In this document: positions 44,258 to 64,000 of the stretch, in pieces | Numbering within the stretch: position 1 is the stretch's first letter | Layout of the letters: every line of letters begins with the position of its first letter | Assembly (NCBI GenBank): GCA_033442325.1 | Contig: JAWQFM010000006.1 | Location: forward strand, 290,355-354,354 | Origin: Salpingoeca rosetta | Taxonomy: Eukaryota > Protista > Choanoflagellata | Reading direction: 5' to 3' | DNA length: 64,000 bases | The notes under the pieces: generated by a model | Told to the model about the DNA's origin: nothing | The model's input: only the letters and a program-made list of their open reading frames with translations | The model's database searches: none | Translations under genes and position numbers: made by a program

Positions 44258-45193
44258 TCACTCCTTTGCGCCGTGCTGTTGAATCTCCTGAAGGAGTTGA
44301 GTTTTCAGCAGCTGCTGCGGCCGCTGCTGCACCTGCTCCAGCATCTTCGACTTGAGCTTCTGCTGTGGTGCGCGCTCAATCTCAACCAGCAGCGACTTTG
44401 CCTTCTCCACGTGCTCCTGGGGCGGCGCAGGCACTTCTTCCGGCCGCTGATAACCGATGGTGTCGAGTTGCCGCTTCCTGTCCTCCCAGTCGCGCTTGAC
44501 TTCCTCGTCCTCCGGTGCGGCCTCAGGCAGGCCTTCTTCCGGCAGGAACATGGTCTCGTCCAGGTCGAGGCTGTTGTCGCTGCCGTCGCGGCACATGGAC
44601 GGGCGCGCGTACTCGCGTTGCTGCAGGAGGCAAGGTGTGAAGCAGTGAGAAATGGTCGTGGTTGTGAGTAATCAGAAAGCCGAAGGAAGGAAGGAAGGAA
44701 GGAAGGAAGGAAGGAAGGAAGGAAGGAAGGAAGGAAGGAAGGAAGGAAGGAAGTGGTGTGTGTGTGTGTGTGTGTGGATACATTTGTGCGTATGGATGTA
44801 TGTACATGTATGTGTGCATCGTCTGGTCTCCCTCGCCCTCTTCTAATCCCTCTCTATCCCCCAACAACATTCACACACACACACACGCAACTTCATGGTC
44901 CATCGCACCTTCTTTGCGGCGGTGGCCTCCGTCATGTTGAAGGAGCGCGTCCAAGCGGAACCGCAGCCGGCAAGCGCCGTGCCGGAGTACCCGAGGTCGG
45001 AGACGGTGCCTGTAAGGGCGCACTCCTTGGTTTGGATGACGAGCTCCTCATCGTTCGCTTGCTCCAGCTCCTGGTTGTTCGTGTAGTTGTTGTTGGCAGC
45101 TTTGTTGTTTCCGAGGATGGTGTTGTTCTTCTCAAGATCCGAACGCCTGCGGCCCTTGCGGCGGTTCAGCGTGCCTCGAAGCGAGCGCAGCAT
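44258..45193 (-). CDS. Small hypothetical protein (~215 aa; exons 45193-44909 and 44620-44258)
   Basis: Two codon-like ORFs joined by a phase-0 GT-AG intron (AAG|GTGCGA ... CTGCAG|CAA) containing (GGAA)n. No recognised domain. Confidence 0.7.
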
Positions 45194-46236
45194 GGCTCTC
45201 GATTATTAAGTAAGATGGTAGATGCGCGGAGGTGCGAGGCAGTGCGATGCGCTGGTGCGTGCTGCTGTGTGCGTGTGTGTGTGTGTGCGATGCGCTGGTG
45301 CGTGCTGTGTGTGTGTGTGCGAGTCGTGCGGATGTGCGGCGAGTTTCCGCGTCTGCGTTTCTGTTGTGTGGGGTGTGCTTGGCTGTTGCTGTGCCAACGA
45401 GGCAAAGGGGAGGAGTGGAAGGTCACGACAACGAGTGCGTGTGTGTTGAACGATAGTGGAAGCAAGGAAAATGTACACAAGACCAATCGTGCACACACAC
45501 ACATCTGCCGCAAGCTAGGCGAGCCAAGGTGTGCTGACCTCTTGTCTTGACCTTGACAAATCGGCCACGTTTTGCGCCCAAAACAGCAGCACTGCACTGC
45601 GCGCGCGCGCGCGTGTGTGTGTCCGTTGTGTGCATATCTGTCATGCCACGGCATGCCGGCACTGGCCATATCTCCCCCATCCTGGTCATTCCTGGCGCGC
45701 CACGCGAGCCATCGCACACTGGCGCATTTGCCATCTTTGCTGCCTTGTGTCAAATGTAGTGGAAAGTCTTCGGTGCACCGAATAGTGGACAATTTATCAA
45801 TGTTTTCTACAACTATTCGGCAACGCGACGCTGACGAAGCTGTAAAGCGCGCAATGCGCGTTCCCGTGATTCCGGACCGACCACACACAAACACACACAC
45901 AAACAAACAATCAACACACCAACCACACTCAGCCACCAACCACACACACGCCAACCACAACGTCACAATCATCACACGCACTTCACCATTGCAGCCAGCC
46001 CACTTGACGTCGCTGTGTTGACGTCCTTTTCTTGAACACATAACTTTTCTTCTCAACAACACCCGTCGAGGACACCACTTACCTGAGCGTTCACCTTCAC
46101 GACAAAACCAAAACCTGGGTGTGTCGCTGTGCATGCACTGTGTGTGTGAGAGAGAGAGGCACATCCTGATCCACTCCAATTGTTTTGCAGCAGCCAAGTG
46201 GCGCTGTGTTGTTTTGAGTGCCTGCTCCACACAGCC

Positions 46237-46339
<103 letters not shown>

Positions 46340-46495
46340 GGCCGTCACCGACCAGCAGTACAGACGACGCACTCGTTGTGTTGTTGAGCCGTCAACAACT
46401 GAGCAGCATCCCGCTCCGCCCCCCTCCCAAGCTGATCGATCACCCCCTTACCTAATCACAGTGTCTTCAACAGCAACAGCACCAGTCGGCACACG

Positions 46496-51774
<5,279 letters not shown>

Positions 51775-52594
51775 TCCGTGCACGGTGTTTATGTATGTGA
51801 TTGCGATTGTGTGTGTGTGTGTGTGTGTGTGTTGATGCGATTGTGTGTGTGTGTGTGCTGGTGCTTGGAGGAAGGGAAGGAGTGAGAACGAGAGAGGGAG
51901 AATGTGTGAGTGAGTGTGTGTGAGTGTGTGTGTGTGAGTTTGAGTGAGTGTGTGTGAGAGAGAGTGAGTGTGTGAGTGTGTGAGTGTGCGAGAGAAGAAA
52001 GGAAGAGAGTGTCATGTGTGTATCATTTCATCTTTGGAACTCGACTCTTTTACGGTATCCAAGCAGGACGCTTCGTTTCTTTTCTTCTTTCTTTGTTAAA
52101 TCTTCATGCGTTGTGTGGTTGTGACTTGTTCGCTGTGTCTCCGTTTCATGCTGTCAGCTCTCACTAAACAAGAGAGGACGAACAAATGTGCATCTGCACC
52201 ATGTGTTTGTTTGTTTGTTTTGTTTGTTTGCTCGTGTGTGTTTGGGATGGATATCAACGGTGCACGTGGTTGAGGCGTGTATTGGTGGAGTGGGAAACAA
52301 GCCCTGGGCGAAGAGAGAACGCGTTGGTTGAAGAAAGGCGCGTCCACGAGAGAGGGTGAAAAGCATCGCAGGAAAGCAGGGTGCCGACGACTTGCATGGG
52401 TGACAGCAGGAAAGCGGTGAAGGCGATAATGAAAGTGTTACAGCGACGGAAATGGTGACATGATGACCCATGGCATTCCAGAGGGGTCAGGCTCAAGCAT
52501 CAAAAATCACAGCAAAAACCACATCATCACATCATCGCGCCACGTTACATCCAGGCGAGTCAGCAGCACCGAGCAAGTGCGAGCCGTGCTCTGC

Positions 52595-55681
<3,087 letters not shown>

Positions 55682-55783
55682 TGTGGTAAGCAAGCAGGAG
55701 GAGGCAGGGTGGAGCGTCTGTGTATGGGATGGTGTGTAATGACGAAAAATGGATGACACGGGTTGAAGTCGCAAACACAAAAC

Positions 55784-58614
<2,831 letters not shown>

Positions 58615-61189
58615 GCCAGCACTGGAAGTGCCACATCCCCGGACTCGCCACCGTAGTGTGACGCGGCACCTTTCAGACATCTCATCCGCACTTTTTGAAA
58701 AACACCCAATCCCCAATCTCCATAAGCAACCTTGCTTGCTTGCTGTTGTGCCTTCCTCTTCTCCTCTTCTCCTCTTCTCTCTTGCTTGCCTGTTTTCTTG
58801 CATCAGCGGCAATTGTTTTAAACCTTTGGCGGCGTGCATATTGAGATGTGGGTTGGGTTTGGCTGTGTTGGACATTGCATGTCCCGCCTGTCAGTGCGTG
58901 CATGCATGCAAACAATTACAATAAAAATAAATAAATTCCTTCCCTTCCGCCAAGCCACGCCAATTTTGCTACTGATTGGCCATCGTTGGTGGGCAACACC
59001 ACGCAAGCGATCCACCACCACTGGCTGCGGATAATTTGCGAGCATCACACGCCAACTATCTTCATCTTTATCGCCACCTGTGCCTCGACCGAGAATGGTG
59101 CATGCATGCATGCATGCATGCAAGCAAGCATTTCCACAAACTGTGACGTGTGACTGAGAGGGAAAAACCACAAAACAACCTGGCACTGCGCGTGCCGTGC
59201 TTGCCGACTTGAGGGATCGCTGTCACTTATTTACGAAAACACACGCTTGTGCTCGCGCGCACCATCCCGAACCAAGCCCCTGTTCTTGCCTTTCCGCCCA
59301 CACACAGCACACGCACGCACGCACGCTGCAGCGTCCCACTTCCCTTCGCTCCACTTTGCACGCCTTGCTGAAAGGTCTCGTATCTTCGCTTTGCCCACCC
59401 TACCTCACCTCCAGCCAAGCCAGGCCACGTAACGTCGTTCCCACCACCAGACAGCAACAACAACGCCACGCGTGTGAAACCAAAAAAAAACTCACAGCAC
59501 GTCATCATCTCCGCCCTCCACACCACTGCCGCTGCTTTGCTTTTCCTCGCCCGCCTTCCTTCCTGGCTGTGCGCGTGAGCATTTTTCCCCTTTGTTTTCC
59601 CCCCAACCCACCACTTTTTTCGCACGCGCAGGTTTGGCGGTTGCAGACGCACCCTGCTCCTCTCCTCTCCTTTCCTTTCCTTTTCCTTTGCTTTCCACAC
59701 CCCTCTCCCCCACCAAACAGCCAGCCGAGCTTGTGCCGCCGTTGTTCGTTGTGTGCGTACAATCATTTTTCTCCCACCAAACCAACCAACCAACCAACCA
59801 ACCCTTCTCCAACGGAAAACCCTCGAGAAGACCACCAACAACACCAACACCAGCCCGCTTTGCTTTGCCTTGCTGTTCAAAAAGCTGACGACATCCCTCC
59901 ACCGGTTCTTTCTTGCCTCTCTCTGCCTCGCGTGCCAACACGCCTGTAACCGCCAACCCACCGGCCACGGAAACCACCCTTCTTCCCTTCCTCCCTCCCC
60001 CCTTGCCTGACTCGCTTGCTGGTGGTGCGTATTCTCCTCTCTGCACGCACGACTTTGGAGTGAGCTGACGAGCGAGCGAACGAGTGAGCGAGGTGAAATT
60101 CGTTGTGCGAGAACCGTGCGCACAATGCTCTCTCCCACCTGCAACTTGCCTGGCCCCTAAGAGTGCCTGCCTGCCCTCGTTCGCTCTTCAGACCAACCAT
60201 CACCACCTCACGCTAACCTGACCTGACACTTGTCTCGGGTGTTCAACCGTTTTGGCGCTCGTATCACATCATCATCATCACACACCTACACACACAGCAC
60301 GAGAGTTGCTGTCCGCGCGCCTCCTTCACCACCAACTCGAGCCACCACATTTGGTCAGTGTGCCATATCATGCATGCATGCGGGTGCATGCGATGCAAGT
60401 GGTGGATGCGATGCATGTGGTGCATGCAGTGCAAGTGGTGCCCAAGGTGCACGTGATGCCATGATATGATGCCCACCATCCACCATCCATCACCATCCAC
60501 CATCCATCACCATCCATTGCGCACTCACCCTCTCGCGTGCACACGCATATCTTCATATCTTCCTCCACCCCACACCCCACCGCCAACCAATCACATCATG
60601 GCCTTCAATCCACCTCAGCAGTAGCAGTTGTGTGTGCCGAAGCTGGTTCGCCCCCCCCCCCACTGCTTTTGTTTTTGCCTGCAAGCAATCAAGCACACGC
60701 GAATCCCCCCCACCTTCCCAAGAGAGGATCTCTGCATCGATAACACAAGCCCCATCCATAACAACAGCAACAACGACGACAACAACACTTGCCCACCACA
60801 CACCACCACAGACAGCCCCATAACAACAGCAACAAACCCCAGCACGAGCCACCTCAACCATGATGGTCAGCGGCGGCCCTGCCTCATCGGCAGCAACGTC
60901 ATCAACCACATCAGGAGCCCCAGTCTCCTCCAACCCGCTTGGCACAGCCTCACCCGCACGGTACGCCCTGGCACCTTGCTTGCACGCATGCACGCGTGCA
61001 CGCCGTTTGATGTCTCCCTCTCACCACCAATCAACACCAATCAACGCGACACCGCACCCTCCTCTCTGCTCTCCCTCTCGGGTGTGACATGATGTGACCT
61101 CACCCTGTCACCCTTGTCTCTGTCGCTCTGTGATCCTGTTATTGTTCCTGTTATGTTCCACTGGCCGCACCCGCAGGTACGGAGGCGCG

Positions 61190-63694
61190 ATGTTTAGTGG
61201 CCACAACCACGTGATTGTGTACCCGCAACATCAGCAACACCAACAGCAACAGCCACCCCACAAACAGCACCAGCAGCACCTGCCCATGCCACAGTTCCAT
61301 CAGCAACACCAGCAGCGGCAGCAGCATGTCGAGCAGCAGCTCCAACAGCTCCAGCGCGCCGCTGCAGCCGCCGCAGCAGCAACCAACGGCGCAAACGCCT
61401 TCTCCTACGACCAGGCCTTCACCACAGCCATTGACGAGAAGATCAGCCAGCTCCAGTCCAAGAAGACAAAGAAATCCAGCAAAAAGAAGAAATCCGTCTG
61501 CCCACGCTGGACCAAGGAAGAGGTGTGTTTGTGTGTGTGTGCGTGTGCGTGTGCGTGCGTGTGCGTGCGTGCGTTTGCGTGTGCATGTGTGCGTTCGTGC
61601 ATGTGCGTGTGTGCCTGTGCGTGTGGTGCAGCTGTATGTGTGCGTGCGGTGCAGCTGTGTGTTGCGAGCGAGTTGCATGTGCGTGTGCAACCGCTACCCA
61701 TACCTTCTTTTCAAACTACTCCCCGTCTCACCTGAACCCAAACACACTCGCCCGTGGCACAACACCAGGACTCCAGGCTCAAGACGCTGGTGAAGCAGTT
61801 TGAGGCCGAGGGCATCACAGACGACACCACTCTCTGGCAGAAGGTGGCCGAGCAGATGCCTGGGCGCGACTGCAGCCACTGCGCGCACCGCTGGAAGAAC
61901 ATGCTCGACCCTTCCCTGGTCAAGGGCGCATGGTCCAAGGAAGAGGATGCCAAGGTGGTGGAGCTCGTCAAGATCTACGGGCCCCGCAACTGGTCGAAGA
62001 TTGCCCAGCACCTCAAGGGCCGCATCGGCAAGCAATGCCGCGAGCGCTGGCACAACACGCTCAACCCAGACCTCAAGCGCGGGCCTTGGTCAGAGGAGGA
62101 GCAGCGCATCCTCGAGGAAGCGCACGCCCGCCTTGGCAACAAGTGGGCAGCCATCGCCAAGCTGCTGCCCGGCCGCACAGACAACCACATCAAAAACCAC
62201 TGGAACTCCATGATGGCAAAGCAGGCAAATAAGGCCACAGGCAAGTCCAGCGCCAGTTCGGCGGGCAAGACCAGCGCCAGCAGCAGCGCCAGCAACCCAA
62301 AGTCTGCTCGTCGCACCGCTGCCGGCAAGGCGCGCACAGCCAAGCGCAGCGCCAGTAGCGCCTCCCGCCGCCCCACCGCCCGCCAGCAGCGCTCCCAACA
62401 ACAACAACAACAACAGCAACACCAGCAGCAGCAGCAGCAGCAATTGCGACAGCGGCGTCGCCAGGCCGGCAAGGCAAACCTGCAGCAGCGTATGGGGGGC
62501 GCAGAGCAGCGTGCGCATGGCGACAGCATCGCCGCATCCGCCGATGCCCTTGGTGTTGGTCTGCTGGACGTGCCACAGCACTCGCCCGGCCTGGGGCTCA
62601 ACTTCATGTCCGCGTTCCCGCTCATCAAGGCGCACGGGTTCCCCACGTCCCCGGGCAAGGCGGCACCCTCCTCCTCGTCCGCATCCATCACCCCGCCGTC
62701 CGTGCAGTCGCAGTCGCAGTACCAGCAGCAGCTGAGCCAGCTCGCTGCCAGCTCCAGCGACACGCTGCGGGCGCTCTTTGGCGGCCTCCCCTCGCCCTCA
62801 GCATCGGCACAGACGGCCGAGCACAGGCACGCGCGCAGGGCGGTTGCGCCGCTGACCAAGGAGGACGAGGACCCTGCTGCTGACGACGGCCTGCCCAGCG
62901 CCAAGCGCGCCAAGACGGGCTACTCCACGGCAAGCACGCTCAACGCCGACAGCATCTACGACGCCATGACGCGCGCCGCTGCCCTCAGCAGCCCGCTGTT
63001 TTCGCTCAACACGCCGAGCCCAACGGCGGCGCCCGGCCCCTCGCACCACGACGCCAGCGCCCAGCTCCTGCAGAGCCTGCAGCAGCAGCGGCGGCAGTGG
63101 CAGGAGGCTGCGGCCCACACCGGTGACAACAGTGGCGCCGACGTGGCCACGACAACCCCGCAGGGCCAGCAGCACGGCCGGCAAGTGCCTGCAGGCAGCG
63201 ACGCGTTCCGCGGCTGTGAGGAGACGCCCACCCTGTGGCCGCTGTCCACGGCCGCAGCGAACAGTAAGCCTGGCGAGTCCTCATCTTCCGCCCTGGGCGG
63301 CATGGGGAGCAGCAGCCACGCGGCCAGCCTGGCCAGCACCGTGGCCCACCTGCACAACCACCCGGCCGTGGCAGGCCTGCGCACGCCAGAGGGCAGCCCC
63401 TCCCGCCCTGTGACGGACCCGTCGCTGTCTCCGCTCTGGCAGCGCCGCGGCGTGAGCCCCATGCCACTGCTGTTCTCCCCTGGCAAGGACAACACGGGCC
63501 TGCTCTCGTCCCCGGCGTTCACCTTCCCCACCACCACCTTGGGTGGGTTTACGCCCCGGAGCGCGCTTTCCCCGCGCAACCTGTTTACGCCCTCTGAGTT
63601 TGCCACATCCCCCGGGCGCATGCCACACGACTTGCCCCAGACACCCATCCAGCTCAAGCAGGCCCTTGCCCGCTTGGAACAGTCGAATGCATGA
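61190..63694 (+). CDS. MYB: Three-repeat (R1R2R3) Myb transcription factor (exons 61190-61522 and 61769-63694)
   Basis: R1: [28 protein letters not shown]2: [34 protein letters not shown]3: [31 protein letters not shown]-terminal [14 protein letters not shown] and many S/TP sites. Confidence 0.93.
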
Positions 63695-63933
63695 GAGAGA
63701 ACTGCGAACCACTGTGTGCGTGTGTGCGTGTGTGCGTTGCACGCATGCAAGCACTTGTGTGCCTGTAGGCCTGTATTGGCACTGTTCCATGAGATGATCT
63801 GTATATTTCCTTCGCTTGCTTGCTTTCTTGCTTTCTTTCTTGCCCCCCCCCCTTGTCTCTGTTGTAACGTTACGTTAGAAGCCTCTTGCTGTATCGTTAA
63901 CGAGACATTTCAAGTTGTTCCTTTCTTTCGTTC

Positions 63934-63990
<57 letters not shown>

Positions 63991-64000
63991 GTTGTCGTTG

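Noticed and set aside
58700-61100. ORFs of 100-300 aa between SUMF2 and Myb
   Set aside because: Low complexity, no domain motifs and no coherent exon chain; likely promoter, UTR or intron

Overview
Intron-rich eukaryotic DNA with introns packed with (CA)n/(GT)n/(CAA)n microsatellites and two N-gaps. Many SH2/PDZ/SH3 proteins suggest a unicellular holozoan, probably a choanoflagellate such as Salpingoeca (inference only). Hand-spliced gene order: (1) 3' part of a two-SH2 protein; (2) a ~5,700-aa midasin/Rea1-like protein with six AAA+ modules, mostly degenerate, acidic DDDDWG repeats and two tandem vWA/MIDAS domains, encoded almost entirely by one ~16.5-kb exon; (3) a poorly supported small gene across the first gap; (4) METTL2/Trm140-type tRNA m3C methyltransferase; (5) MAGI-like PDZ-GK-PDZ-GK-PDZ protein with a C-terminal membrane anchor (-); (6) F-BAR/polyproline/SH3/PDZ protein; (7) small orphan protein (-) head-to-head with (8) a five-SH2 protein with a perfectly duplicated SH2 exon, the pair sharing an unrecognised GTAxxGxxSA(A)WT[RK]SF motif; (9) ACAA2-type thiolase (-) head-to-head with (10) a SUMF2/pFGE orthologue ending in KQEL; (11) 3R-Myb. 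The best candidates for something undescribed are the twin-MIDAS giant ATPase, the motif-sharing divergent gene pair and the tail-anchored MAGI-like scaffold. Exon boundaries are manual GT/GC-AG inferences, and family assignments come from remembered motifs, not database searches.
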